Positions 37,361 through 50,500 of a stretch of 64,000 nucleotides of DNA are shown in pieces. A program made the position numbers and the translations under genes. How positions within the stretch are numbered: position 1 is the first letter of the stretch; each line of letters opens with the position of its first letter. The DNA is from Leptogorgia sarmentosa (taxonomy: Eukaryota), in contig OZ210885.1 of the NCBI GenBank assembly GCA_964658305.1, forward strand, positions 19,840,001-19,904,000, read 5' to 3'. The notes beneath the pieces were generated by a model. It was not told the origin of the DNA, ran no database searches, and saw only the letters and a list, made by a program, of their open reading frames with translations.

Positions 37361-38600
37361 GTGACATCTAAGAAATTTACTACATGCAAATTTGCCTCAG
37401 CTGTTATTTTTAAACCAAAATTGTCGAAACATTTATGGAGTTCTTTCCTGGTTTATCTGCCAAACGTGCTGATTTGTTTTCCATGGTAGCCACAATCCAT
37501 CATCTCTGTATAAACCGATGTTTTCTTTGCCAAATTTTCCCCCTAGATCGTTTAATATGAAAAGCCTACAAGTTCACAAATTTCAGCTCCGTTGTAACTA
37601 CCCATGGTTACCTCAAATAAGCTGTTGCTGTCTTTTTTTATCCAAAGTTTTCCGTCATTGAAAAGTAGTGATTTCCTAGCGTGTTTTATTATTGAAATGT
37701 CATCCTTTGATATGTGAGCCAAATTGGAAGCCCAAGATAATGCTTGGTCCAGTAAATTTTCTAGCTATCATGAAAAACAAAAGCACGTTTAGCAGATAAA
37801 ACCAGGAAAGAACTCCATAAATGTTTCGACAATATTGGTTTAAAAATAACAGCTGAGGCAAATTTGCATGTAGTAAATTTCTTAGATGTCACTTTCGATC
37901 TTAACAATGAAAAATTTAAGCCCTATAGAAAGCCTAATGACGATCCACTATACATAACAAGTCTATAATTTCTAGGCACAACACACGTATAATTAGGAAA
38001 AGTAAGCCACAGTGCGAGGGCACAGACCTATGCACTTGTAGAGACAAGAACACCTGCCCACTTCAGGAAAAATGCATGACCAAAGACATAGTTTACAAGG
38101 CCACTGTCACCTGCACAAAACATTACATAGACATGACGGCAAGTACATTTAAAGAGCGATATAGAAACCATATTAAATAATTTAACCACAGAAGGTACTC
38201 AAACGAAACAGAACTTTCGAAATACATTTGGGGACTAAAAGATAATAACATAGATTTCGACATTACTTGGTCTATAATTAAGCATTGTATTTCGTATACA
38301 GGAGGAAGAAAAAGATGCAATTTATGTTTAGAAGAAAAGCTCTGTATTTTGAAAGATAAAAACAAACAAAATTTACTCAAAAAAAATCGGAAATAGTTTT
38401 GACATGTAACCATAAAAAGAAATACCTAGTAAACAACCTAAACAATGGAAGGAAATCAAGGAATGCACGCATTGTTTGACCCCCATGCCCACGTTTCCGA
38501 CTCAAAACACTTATAAGCAGCAAACTTTTCAACATTTCTCAGCCATCTGATGATTCCTTTTGGATGAAACAGGCTGTACTGGCACCTTTTTGAGGCAAAA
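37361..38600. mobile_element. Penelope-like element remnant with inverted 5' RT segment
   Basis: RT fragment on - strand 37361-37760 (KHARKSLLF, VTMGSYNGAEICELVG, GLYRDDGL). Continuation on + strand 37782-37960 (VNFLDVTFDL..KPYRKPND) and GIY-YIG 38040-38430. Segments 37361-37470 and 37782-37892 are inverted copies. Confidence 0.85.
38542..38583 (+). ncRNA. Minimal type I hammerhead ribozyme (Penelope pLTR)
   Basis: GCCA-t-CTGATGA-TTCC tttt GGAT-GAAA-CAG g CTG-TA-c-TGGC, downstream of the + strand GIY-YIG. One mismatch closes stem I. Confidence 0.7.
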
Positions 38601-38736
38601 CTATACTATACTATATATATATATATATAAATTGGATTTGTAGTTGAACACAAGTATCATATATATAAAAAAAGTGTTTTGACAACAGAAGAAATGTAAC
38701 CACTTGTTTCTTAAATATGAAACATTTTATTAGATA

Positions 38737-38775
38737 CACACAAACGTTTTCGCTTACGAAAGCTCTTCAGGTGTG
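38737..38775 (-). ncRNA. Minimal type I hammerhead ribozyme
   Basis: Minus strand reads CACAC-CTGAAGA-GCTT tcgt AAGC-GAAA-ACGT-TT-GTGTG. Perfect stems I and II; palindromic stem III. Confidence 0.8.
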
Positions 38776-38841
38776 AATATATATATATATATATATATAT
38801 AAGATAAGATAAATTGAGAAACACAAGTTACTTCATCGAAA

Positions 38842-38899
38842 ATTTACTACAGAACTGTTTCGTATGACAAGTTGAACTTGCCACACTCCTCAGGTAAAT
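38842..38899 (-). ncRNA. Type I hammerhead ribozyme (Penelope pLTR)
   Basis: Minus strand reads ATTTAC-CTGAGGA-GTGTGGCAAG ttcaa CTTGTCATAC-GAAA-CAG tt CTG-TA-GTAAAT, 60 bp downstream of the GIY-YIG stop at 38959. Confidence 0.85.
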
Positions 38900-38958
38900 A
38901 ATAAAATATCACAACAGCGTAACAGAATATATACAGAAGAGATGGATATGCTATCATA

Positions 38959-39336
38959 TTACAGTAATAGGAATTTCTTGCGATGTCGGCAAGCGGATAC
39001 GAGTTCGTTGCGTTTGTTTAGGGAACTTAGTTCGGGTTGACAGATAATTGTAAGTTTTTCGGATAGGCATAGGTTACAGCGTTTTGTTTTGTTAGAGTAG
39101 GGTTGAGAGTGTTTTAGGATATTCCAACTTATGGTGTACTGTGTGTTAGAGTCTTTTAATTTCCAGATGTGTTTGCTTAGTTCCGTGGCGTTTCTCTTTG
39201 TTTTGTTCCGGAAAGAGCTGGTGTGGTTCGAGTATCGTGTCTTGAATGTGTTTTCGGTGAGTCCTACGTAGGTTTCTGCTTTTTTGGTTGTCTCGTTTGT
39301 CACGGTGGCCTGGTAAATAACGCCTTTTGTCAGACA
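38959..39336 (-). pseudogene. 5'-truncated Penelope GIY-YIG endonuclease segment
   Basis: CLTKGVIYQATV...TYVGLTENTFKTRYSNH...TELSKHIWKLK...RCNLCLSEK...LNKRNELVSACRH, open to the stop. Flanked by TA-rich microsatellite. Confidence 0.9.
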
Positions 39337-39428
39337 ATAACGATATAACGATATATAACGATAGCTTCTATAGCTTACTTGATCTATATATATATATATG
39401 TAGTTAAGAAAGGAGGAGCTTAATAGTG

Positions 39429-40120
39429 TCACTGAAATATGATCTGTTCTTTAGAAGCTTTGGTGCCGTGGTTGAGTTCTGGTTTCCTTCTGCGGATTGC
39501 AAGGGATTCTTTATATAATAGTAGAGACCAGTGATCAGATCTATCAATTATCTTGCAGTTCTCAAATATAAGTTGTGTAGTGTTAGTGTTTATAGTTTCA
39601 GTAGAGTCAGGCGTTGGTTCTGTTAGGGTTCTGATGTGCTGGAAGTGTTCACGAGTTAATGTGGACATTGATTTCTGAACTTTCGCGATTGTTGTGTTCT
39701 TTAAGGCGTGTGAGAAGGCAGCGATCCATTTTGCCACAATACAAGCTTTTGCAACCAGGACAGGAAACTGGTATACTATGGAGGTTTGATATTCATTTGG
39801 AGTTTTGTCTTTGCATGATAGAAAGCAATTGACTTGAGTGGTTTTCCCGAACAGAATGAACTTGCACAGACCTTTCAGCAAGCGGCAGGTTTTGTTAATA
39901 AAATTCTTTGTCAAAGTGTTGCCGTATCTGCCAATGAATGGTAAGCGTAGCCATATTTTCGGTAGATTTTGAGGGGATGTCGAATCATCAGTACCAGAAT
40001 CTTCCATGTTGTTGTTTCTATGACATGGAGGGAAAGTGTTGATCAGTTTCTTCACCATGTTTTCTTCGCCTTCCAGGACATGTAATCTTGGATGGTTTTG
40101 AGTTAATGTTGAAACAACTC
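39429..40120 (-). pseudogene. Penelope-like C-terminal/GIY-YIG fragment of a different subfamily
   Basis: WLRLPFIG, KDKTP..YQTSIVYQF, LLLYKESLAIRRRKPELNHG. Internal frameshifts. Confidence 0.75.
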
Positions 40121-40134
40121 TTGATATGCAGCTT

Positions 40135-41705
40135 GAAGTTGTATTGCTCCACATGGTATAGACACCATACTTAGCGCTATGACCCATGAAATCAAAGCGA
40201 CCATCTCCTGACCATGTCTGGGACTCCTCATCACTATCCTTTACTTCCTGAATTAGACCAGACTGGTAAACTTCCCAATGTTTCAAGATAGCTGGGATCA
40301 GAAAGAGACTTTGTCTATGAAATGTTCGTACAGCTATTGTATCAAGGTTCATGTGTCTGAACATCAACATAGCTTTGCTAACGTTGATTCCAGACATCAT
40401 GGTACCGAAGGTTGTCATGACATTCCCAGCCTGGTACCTTCCCATAACCATAGGCTGGCTTCTCCATGTGAAGTTCTCTAAAAGGCATTTACTACAAGCC
40501 TACTCAACAGTAGTCATTGACCCAATTTGTTTCACCTGAACCGTTGGATTTTCAGCCTTGCAATTGAAGCAGAATTTGTTGAAACAACTGTACCAAAGGA
40601 CTGCAAAATACCAGAAAAATTGGTTCGTTGTATGGGCTGATTCCTTCATCAACGCTGAAATATAAAAAACATTCATGAGTAGGCTGACTTGGTACCACAC
40701 AAGTTTGGGGAGATATTACAATATATAAAACACCATTAATACATAAAGACCTACAGATTATTTGCATACAAAATATTACCACCTTTACCTGACTGTGTTT
40801 TTCGTTCTTCATTCATCTCCGCAGCAGACTGACTACATTCTTCAAGGGACGAATAATCCATTGAGACCCCATCATCAAAATATAATTCTTGCTCATTGTC
40901 TTCATCGTCGCAGGCTCAACCCATGGTAGCTGCTTCATCCACACCTTCACTTGCAACTGATGTCTTTTTTTCTGCTTTTAGTCTCCTAATTTTCTTATGC
41001 AAGGTTGCTTTCATTTTTTTATGCCAGCTGATTGTCTTTTGAAGGCTTTTAATTCTCCTTTTTAAGCGATCACACAAAGTACACGAGCTAGCTGTGTGAT
41101 CGAGTTGAGTGTCACTGTCGTGTGATGACAAGCACTTGCTTGTTGGAATTTGTTCAACAACTTTCGCTGGAGAAGAAGCCGACTTTACTGGAGACAATCT
41201 TTTACTGTGCAAAAAACCTAAAATATGCTAAGTTTTTTGTAGCCGACTAGCTGCCAAAACGCTTGCTTTCGCATAAAATGAATGTGCGTAGGCGAAATGC
41301 CTTCCCTCCCTTGTGACCCATGGTATTATAATACTAACCTGTCTTCGAGACTTGTCGACTGTTCTTCGACAGTTGGGACAACATCAATTATAGGAATAGC
41401 ATGTCCTTCCAATCTCCTTTTCATATTAAGAGTTTTAGCCAAAGCAAGATTCATATCAAAGCATGAATCTTCAAAGTGGGCAGAACAAAGACACAAGGAC
41501 GCAGCAGTGGTAAAACCCGGTCTATGTTTGTGGACCAAATTTACCCACTTTTTTCATCTCTGATGATCTGTTTCTGGGTTAGGAAACAGATGCATAGATA
41601 TTCCTTCAGCATCTTGATTATTGCCGCAACTAACTAAATTAGGTCCGCCAGAACACAGTGTTTTCCTCCACGATACGGTTTTCCACTATTAATAGTATAC
41701 GCCAT
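40135..41705 (-). pseudogene. Truncated Kolobok-type THAP-DDE transposase gene
   Basis: THAP pieces (ISMHLFP...W...LCSAHFEDSCF...AIPII) at 41326-41700. Transposase N-half ..QP...AGN..., SGDGRFDFMGHSAKYGVYT parallels CGDGRSDSPGHSAKYGTYS of 60944-62383. Confidence 0.8.
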
Positions 41706-42383
41706 GATGAAGTTGTGTTCATCTTATCATCAAAAGAGAGCAAAAGTTCGCACAGGAAGTGCTAAAAATCGCTAGAATCAGTTTGATTTGCGTCGTGGCT
41801 CGGGGAAAAGAGTCGAAAAATTCGTGTCAGTAGCACTTTAAAAAACCAAGACAAATCTGATATTTTGACTGTTTTCAAAAAAATACAGAAATATGACTTT
41901 CCGATCGTGTTTTCATGACAACAAATATATAGTTGCATTTGTTGGTATAAAGTATAAATTATATGTATTTCTAGTATTACATTTCTAATACCATTATAGG
42001 CACCCCTCTATATGAACTGTTGTTCAATTTGATTATTGGCTGAGCTACTCACCATTATCAGCTTATATACATACAATTAGTTGCAAAAAGAAAGAAAAAA
42101 CAAGTCACAAGAAAACATCCACAATTCTCCCAGAGTCAGAAAGACAGAAGTGGCATTTGTGCCCCTGTAAGGTGAGAACCAATCTGACTTGATCATTCTT
42201 TCAACAATCATGTTGTTTGCGCATATTCAAACCGGTTTGACCCTTATATGGATATTAATTGAGGAAGAATTTATTATTTCTACATATATATATATAAATA
42301 TATGTCTGCGTAGTATAATTATATAATATGCAATAATATGTCTACTTCACAACCTCAAATCAATTATCTACTGAACTCATTTT

Positions 42384-42900
42384 GATACCTTGGCTAATGG
42401 GAATTGCCTATACAATGCCTTCTCCATTTCTCTTGTTGGAAATGAAAATCTTTCAGCAATATTGCATTGCCTCACCAGCATAGAGATGTATGAAAATGCT
42501 TTATTATGCTAATCACCCTCTAATTAAATCACAACTTGAGAATGGTGCATTCACTTCACTTAAAAATGCCTTTAACATTGTTATGTGCTTGTGTAATGCT
42601 GCATATTCTGTTTTTGAAACAAGTGGTGAAATAGCAGCTGTTTTGAAAGAAGCAAAACAGAATTCCCAAAATTATGAGTTTTTGTTGATGATGTGCATGT
42701 TTGCCTTAGCAACAGTAATTGGCTGCACCATCAATGATTCAGCAACAAGACACAATTGGGACACTTTAGCAAAAATGTTTAATTGTTCAATTAATCGACG
42801 ACAACAGATGGTGATGTGCATGAATTTGTTCATATTATCAGTTGTGCTGCTATGCCCCAACTTTATTTAGTAGCCATCCGTCTACCAATTTTGAACCTGG
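42384..42900 (+). pseudogene. OTU/vertnin-like cysteine-protease domain fragment
   Basis: DTLANGNCLYNAFSISLVGNENLSAILHCLTSIEMYENA, then after a frameshift YYANHPL...ALATVIGCTI. Resembles the GNCL[YF].A.S..L.G.E OTU motif. Confidence 0.55.
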
Positions 42901-43257
42901 TGAGCATTACTTTGTGCCCAAACTGCCAATACAACCACAGTCAACTAAAGCTACCCATGACCAGACTGCTTCTGCATGTATTTCCCACACCGAAACAATG
43001 CCACAACCTGTAATGCCTTCTATGTCAAAGAAACAGCAGTTCACTGCAGCTTGAAATGCAGCTGGTGCAAAGAGAAGACAACTTAGTTTGGATTCACTAC
43101 TACCAAGGAAAAAAATTAATGACAAAAAAGAGCCACATACACATAACATGGGTGTGATTCCACCATCAACCTCAAATAATAACACTTCAGATTGCAAACC
43201 CACAGCTACAACCAGTTCTGATAGGCCTGATAATTGATGTGATACAGAAAATGCCAA

Positions 43258-43745
43258 CCATCCTAAAGATATAAATAATTACATAAATCGGTTATCCATT
43301 CTGTCAAATGCAGACAAATATGATCTTACCAATCCTTGGAAACCTGATTCAGACTATACATTTCCACCAGATAAAATCTCAGGTGGACGTTTTCAACATG
43401 ACTGGTTTACTCGTTTCCCATGGTTAGTCTATTCTGTTGCTGTAAATGGTGGTTTCTGTATTAATTCTGCCCTCTTTGAATTAATGATAATCCCCTTGTG
43501 CCTAAACCATCCACTGTACAGAAATTAAATTGGCACGCACTGAATTCGAAAGTTCATGAAACTGCAACCCTGCGGGCAACAAAGTTTAAACGCATGATAA
43601 AACGAAAAACGATTTCTATTGATGACCATTTGAATAATGCGCAACACCAATTAATTGAAAAAAATAGGATGCATCTTGATCCCATTATTGACGCTGTTAT
43701 AACTTGTGGAAGACAGAATATTGCACTTCGAGGACACGGACAATA
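43258..43745 (+). pseudogene. hAT (Tip100/PRKRIR-like) transposase N-terminal fragment
   Basis: PWKPDSDYTFP...RFQHDWFTRFPWLVYS....GGFC (TTF Zn finger) and IEKNR..L.PIIDAVITCGRQNIALRGH (start of DUF4371-like region). Confidence 0.8.
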
Positions 43746-44862
43746 CGTGATCATCCTTTTTTAATTGGCTACCTGAATATTCTGTATTAACTATTCAATA
43801 TACGCCTTGCACATGAAAAAATCTTATTTCACCGATCTCCCAGATCAAACTTCTAATTTATTGCTGTATTCAATTTTGTCCAACTCCTATTTCAACTCTT
43901 GTTGATAAATAACAATCAAATTCTCAACCTATGGTAAGCGGAAAACAAAACAGCACATAATATTGTGATAATTGGCTATTACAGTAGACACATGCAAAAA
44001 CACAGATTTTCTGCTTTTTTATTCCACTATTCTATATGACACATACATTGACATATTTTTGTGATGAACTTCTTGCATGTTTAAAAACGTTTTGCTGGTT
44101 CCATTATAGCGCATGTTCCTTTATTGCTTCATCATGACCTGAGAAAAAGATTATTGTACATGCAGCAAAAGTCATAAATGGTCAGCAAAACCGACACTAT
44201 AAATGTAGTTTTGTACACTCCAAGTAACACAAATATACTAGTACAGCTTTACAGCAACTTTTATCGTTGTTTCATGTGTGTCACCAATGTTATGATATCA
44301 TGTATAAGGTAGCACAACTCTTTTAGTGAGCTTGTGTGCTTGCTGCATTCATAATGAACTTGTGTACTTGCTGCCTACAAACGAGAAATGTAACCATTCA
44401 TTTGTTCAATTCCTTTCCAAATGGTATAGGCACTAATTTTCTGCCAGCCTAACAAGGCATGCATGATCGAGTGCTGGTTTCATAGAAAAGGCACTTAGTG
44501 AAAGGAGGCAGATCGGTACTATCACTGCAGTAATTTGAATGTGGAATTTGTCTTTGCATGGTAATAGATGGTGGCGATTCCATCTGACAACATTTCCTTT
44601 ACTGTTGAGGATGCCATACTAAGGAGGTTACTGGCATTTCGCGATTTCAATATTTGGCAAGTCTGAGCTATATGAAGATTTTGGACATCTAGCAGTTACT
44701 TAAGACATTCTAGTTTATTTTGCATGGCATTACTTGGGGTTGGTGTGGATACAGTGTGGTTAACCATAATGACATCTTCATCATCAAAACAGCTGAATAG
44801 TTTTAGTGACCGCTGAATGACCACTACAGCTGAGTGTAGTTGTTTGTGCAACCCTTGGTAAT

Positions 44863-46485
44863 TGTTGGAGATTATTTATATACTGCAAATAGGCACCCAT
44901 TCACGGGCTGGACAAAAACAGTAATACTTGATGTTATTTAGTTATAAGAGCCTCTTCATCGAACATGGTGACAAGACAAACAGCATGTTTCAAAACTATG
45001 AGGTTATTTACTGATTTTGGTATTAAATTCTGTATTTGTGTGATTAAGACGAATCGTGAATACTGTGGGAGGCAATTCACAATACAGTTGCACCTTTGAC
45101 AGGATTTTTGAGTGATTTAACGACAACATAAACAAATTGTGATTTGTGAGTTTGCGACATATTATGGAGAGCAAATTACTGAATTGCCGACAATATGGGA
45201 CTGGGTTACCATGGTGCGGTAACCACCCTCTGTTGCCAAACAACCGAGCTGGCAGCCTGCGTAGGCTGACAAGTTTGATGAGTACACTTGATCATGACGG
45301 ACTATGACCCAAGTATAACCAAATCCTGGAGGAACAAAAGATGGAAGGGATCATTGAAAACGCGAGTACTTCAAGTGGAAATAGAGAGTTTTATGTTCCC
45401 CATAAGCCAGTGTCACGTATGTGCGCTGAATCAACCAAACTCAGGATCATGTACGACGCATCAGCTAAAGCTCACAATACAGCACCTTACATGATTACAT
45501 CTAGGGCCCACCCTGACAAGTAAGCTTTGGAGCGTATTAGTCAGAGGTTGGTTTCATCCGGTAGCGCTGAATGGTCACCTGCAGAAAGCGTTTCTGCAGA
45601 TTTGAGCAAGTGAACCCGACTGTGATGCTCTTCGCTTTCACTGGCAAAGAGATGGCCAGTCTGATGTCGAGATTCTAAAGTTTGCAAGGGTGCCATTTGG
45701 TTTAGCTCCCTCCCCATTCTAGCTTGGGGAGGGAGCACTATGCACCCAAGCACCACCTGGGAAGATCCGGAACCGGATATTGTAGCTAAACTTTGAGAGG
45801 AACTCAGGCGCGGATCCAGATCATGGTGGTCAGATTTTCCCCACCTTAGATTTTCCGGGGTTCACCTTTTTCGGATGTCAGATTAAAGTATATATAAATG
45901 AATGATAATTTGAAATAAATCCTTCAAAATCAATGAAATCTGCATCTAAAGCAGCCAATTTGAATAACATTTTCTCTGATTGTTCACATTATTTTGTGTG
46001 GTGTCTTATTTCGCGTCAAACGCAATGAAAACGGCAAAATATTATGTTTCTTCAATAGCGTAATCATTCAGACTAACACTGAACTATGAAAACAGCCAAA
46101 AACCGTATGGATCTGTGTCGAATATGTTCAGTAAACAGTCGCAAATTTGAAGCTGTCGCCTGTGATCACAGCCACAAATTTTGCCACGGTCAGCATGCAA
46201 AAAGTTGTGCAATTGTTACTAAATATAGTAACAAATAAACCAAACGGGGGAGTGTGTTGGAGATCATTTATATACTGCAATTAGGCGTCTGTTCGCAGGC
46301 CGGACAAAACAGTAATACTTGATGTTATTTAATTATAAGAGTCTCTTCATCGAACATGGCAATGTGACAAACAGCACTATGAGGTGATTTACTGATTTTC
46401 ATATTAAATGGTGATATTTTGGTATTAAATTTTGTAATTGTGTGATTGAGCCGAATCTTAATACTGTGGGAGCCAATTCACGATA
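44863..46485 (+). mobile_element. Internally deleted BEL/Pao LTR retrotransposon
   Basis: Diverged LTRs 44863-~45084 and 46255-46485 (TGTTGGAGAT...). PPT AAACGGGGGAG before the 3' LTR. TSD GTAAT at 44858-44862 and 46486-46490. RT remnants GLPW...LPNNR, FYVPHKPV...TKLRIMYDAS, KAFLQI, RVPFGLAPSPF. Confidence 0.85.
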
Positions 46486-47557
46486 GTAATCTAGTAACCC
46501 TTGGTAATTTAGCATTAATCCTGGAAAACTACTGAGAGTTAATAGATTACTATGAATACAAGATGCAGGGATGTATCATTAAACAGAGTGGGCCAAACTT
46601 AACACTGTTACGAAAGTAATATATCATCACAATTGCTGTAAAGCTAAAATGTCTAGGTTAAGTATGTAGTTAGACAAGTGTAATACGTATGTTAAGCACG
46701 TTTTTAGCAAAGCAATTTGACTAATGTGAATGAGAATTGCGTATCTAGAAACGCATGGTGACCTTTCAATGTCAATGATTCTATAGAGCAATTTAGCCAA
46801 ACACATATTCAACAGCATGGCAATATTTTATAGCACTTGCTACCTTTCTTTTTATACAAAGGTGGGATAACAAACTGAATTTTCAATCAGTTTTAAGCCA
46901 TGTAACACACACTAAGATAAGAAAACATACCGAGTCTTGTTTGGCTTGGTTTGCATTGTCTGCCAAGGGAGTATATGCTGAACTTGTGTCGCTTTCTTCA
47001 TTCTTCATAGCTTGGTTTATAGCTTTTTTCACTTTTAATCGATGTCCAGATATGGGTAACATGACTTTGAACTCCTCTATGTCAATTGTAAGGTCTATAA
47101 TGTCGAACCATCAATTTCATGTTCTGTAAATAAAAAAGGTAGACTATATTTATTAAAAAGTGTGGGCTATTTTTAACAACAGATCAATTGTACAACATTT
47201 AAACTTGAAAAATTATTACTCATATTAATAATCACAGATCTCCCATGAGACATCGCTTGTTCTCAGAATTGGATTGTTTCCTGAAAAACGTCTGCTTGAA
47301 GAAAACCCAAAGCACATACCACCATCAGCTAATACAACCAAGACAAATACCATGCATGCCGCTGATTGATTTAGAACATGTGACATAGTGTGATGTACTA
47401 TTGAAGCTATACCTAAATGACCTACAATAACCAATGCTATTCATTCGTGTTTACATTAGCCACTCATCAAAATTTTGTAATTTTCTTTGCCATAAAGCTG
47501 AGAGTGATCTTTTTAAGCATGTAATTAAACTTGTCCTCAGACTTTCAAGAAGGTCCA

Positions 47558-50500
47558 CAACCTTGTTCCCAGGGTCTTGATCCTCTTGCTCCCCGCTGAG
47601 GAAAGATGTCATGTGGCACCCAGATTCTAGGTGCTTAATTGATTTGTACACTTAGGGAGGGGTGGTAGAGGAGAGTGTGTTTATTGTGTTTGAAATTTCC
47701 ATGAATCAGGTTATAAATCATGAGTATATTGCGCTCATAAAATTTTTCGAAGAAATCGGATATAACACTATTGCTATTCAATTACATAATTATGTCATGA
47801 CCTTGAACAAAGGAAGCATCAAATTACATTTTATATATGGGATTGGTCAAAAGGTTACTTATTCAGTCCTGGCTCGATGGCTGCTAGCGGAGGCATGCCA
47901 AAAAAATTCTACAAAAGTCCATCTGTATTGACGGTAATCTCGCGTTGCAGACTTTGTTATTCTGTTGGGGATCCGAAGCATTGCAAATATTTATTTGGGG
48001 CTGCGAATAGAGCAATTTATTGCAACGCTGAAAGTGTTTACGGGAGTGAGTTGCCTTCAAGTATCGAACATCTGCACTTGATTTGTCGGCCATGCGAAAG
48101 AAGGGTGAATACTGTCATTCAGTTCAAGCAAACAATTGGCGAAATGCAGAGAAAATTACGACAAGAAGTGTGTGCAAAATGTTGTGTCGACTTATCGCCA
48201 TCCGTCGCTACACCTGCCCCTAAAGTTCGAGCTACAGTTACTGACAAATCACCTTGGCGCACTCTCGATTTTGGTGGTGAATCGGAAAGTGCAAGGGAAA
48301 TTGTAATTCGTATATTATTGTCTTTGCCTTAGTATAAATATGTTTATTCAAACTTGTTAACCCAAGATTTTGAATTTTTCCTTGTGGAATATTGAGCGAT
48401 GTTAATGAGTGCATAGCCGCATATGAATAATTCATTCATATTCATGAATGAACCTTTGTGTAACAATGGTTTCATTCATGACTCAGTGTGTGACTGACTG
48501 TATGTATTAAATTTCAAAGCCTTTTAATACTAACCCTAATACTCAATGTGGCTGTGTAGTCTGAAATTATATCACACAGTTATAATACATTTCACTCACA
48601 AAACGTCTTTCATTTCAAGCGAGTTCCAATACATAATTATATATTCATGCCTAAAATTGGTTTAAAGTAAAATGTTTATTTTTTTCATGTCTCATGACAT
48701 ATTAGTCACAATTATAGAAAAAAACAATTGGTAGCTTGACCTTCAAATGTGCACCATTAATGTCAAATCTTAACAAATTAGTCAAAATTATCACATTACA
48801 TATTCTATCAGTCAGGATCAAAATCTGAAGGGAGACTCACCTCCCTCTGCCCTGTTCCCCATTTCCATGTACCCCTGTCCATGTCATAGAACATAACAAT
48901 ACCAATTAATAAACTGACACATGCACAAGGTGCAATGGGGCAACATGAAAATTTATACTTCTACTAGACGTGTTGTCTAGTTGAAAGAGCTATAGATATA
49001 TTTGCAGACATATCGGCACATAGTTACTGGATGTGGAACTGTGAATCCAATTCTTGAGTCCAAGGATGCTTCAGGAGGAATAGTTTCTATACTATAACAT
49101 AGTTATATATTTTTATTTTAAAGAATGGTGAGGCATTGGTGAGGGCAAATAAAGAATTAATTGAGGTTGCCAGACGAAGTGAATCATCTGTTCTATGGAA
49201 ACGATCATATGATGGTTTGTCAGCAGAGGGATGGATTTCAGAGGTTTTGGAACAGCTAGCAACCAGATGTCCAATGGTAAACAATATCCTGAGATCTCTG
49301 GTGGAAAGCAGCATTTACACAGAGAAGAAAAATCCTGTTATCTGCTTAATTTATGGCATTTTAATGTTCTTGTGGTGTCATGAATTAAGTAGAGTACAAA
49401 GAATAAATTCTGTTCTGTTGATAGAAGGACATGCATCTGTGAATGTAAGTACCATAATTATTTGAATTTATAAGTTCTTCTCTCAAATAAACATTGAAGG
49501 GACAAATAAATACTGTCATTGTGTTCACATAATTCTTTTGTATACTTTTAGTTGATTTCTCGTCTGAATAAGTTTGGTATATGCCTCGAGCCAACAATGA
49601 AATATCCAATACTAGATGACATTGGCAAACATTTCATCGATCGTGCAGCTGAGTTGGTGAAGTCCGGACATAAATTTGTTTATGTTCTGCACAACATCGA
49701 CTGGGAGGAGAAGGCACACAACATGAGGCAAAATATTCAAAACAGGAGTGTTCATGCTGTGGCAACAAGTATTCTATTCAACCGTGTTTCTGACCGAGGG
49801 TTGCCCGATTCTGGTCCTCAGCAACGTCTGAAGATGGTAGATATCAGTCCTCTGGAGTTGGAGGCAATCGGAAGCCGGTATAGAATACTTGTTGCCAAGC
49901 TTTTGTTTGAACAATTTCCTGCGTTTGAAATGTTCATGCCTCATGTTGCTTTTGAGCACCAAGTCAATGAATGACAAAGAAATGTCCACCAAGTCTGAAA
50001 TGTTGACCATGCCCATCATGATGAAAGATGAAAAAAAATATTCAGACTGTGTCAATGTTTTGGACCAACTCGAGACATGGACACATGAAATCTACACAGC
50101 CGCTGGGTTATGTTCCAAACAGCCAGAATCAGGAGATGACACCCCACCCACAATCATGACGAAATCCAGACCCGACCAGCCTGCATCTCATTCCACCTGT
50201 TGAGTCACAAAACGATCCCCTGCGAGGAGTCAAGATACCATGCGTTGGTGACCAGCTCACAAAGGTGCGATTTGATGGAGCAAAAGATCTAAGGGCAGGA
50301 TGTCACTCAGCCAAGCAAAGATTGGATCACTTGTACCCATTTTGCATTGTGGACTGGCATACGAAGAGAAGTTTCTTAAAGGTATGAAAAACATAAATAA
50401 CTGCAATACAGTGTGTACACCAGTTTGGCAAATCTCCATGTCATAAATGTTCTTTTATTTTCTATTCAATTGCTGTAGCCCAAATATATTGAAAATGTTA

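Noticed and set aside
41559..41595. CTGATGA...GAAA motif
   Set aside because: No consistent hammerhead stems; it is antisense to THAP coding sequence.
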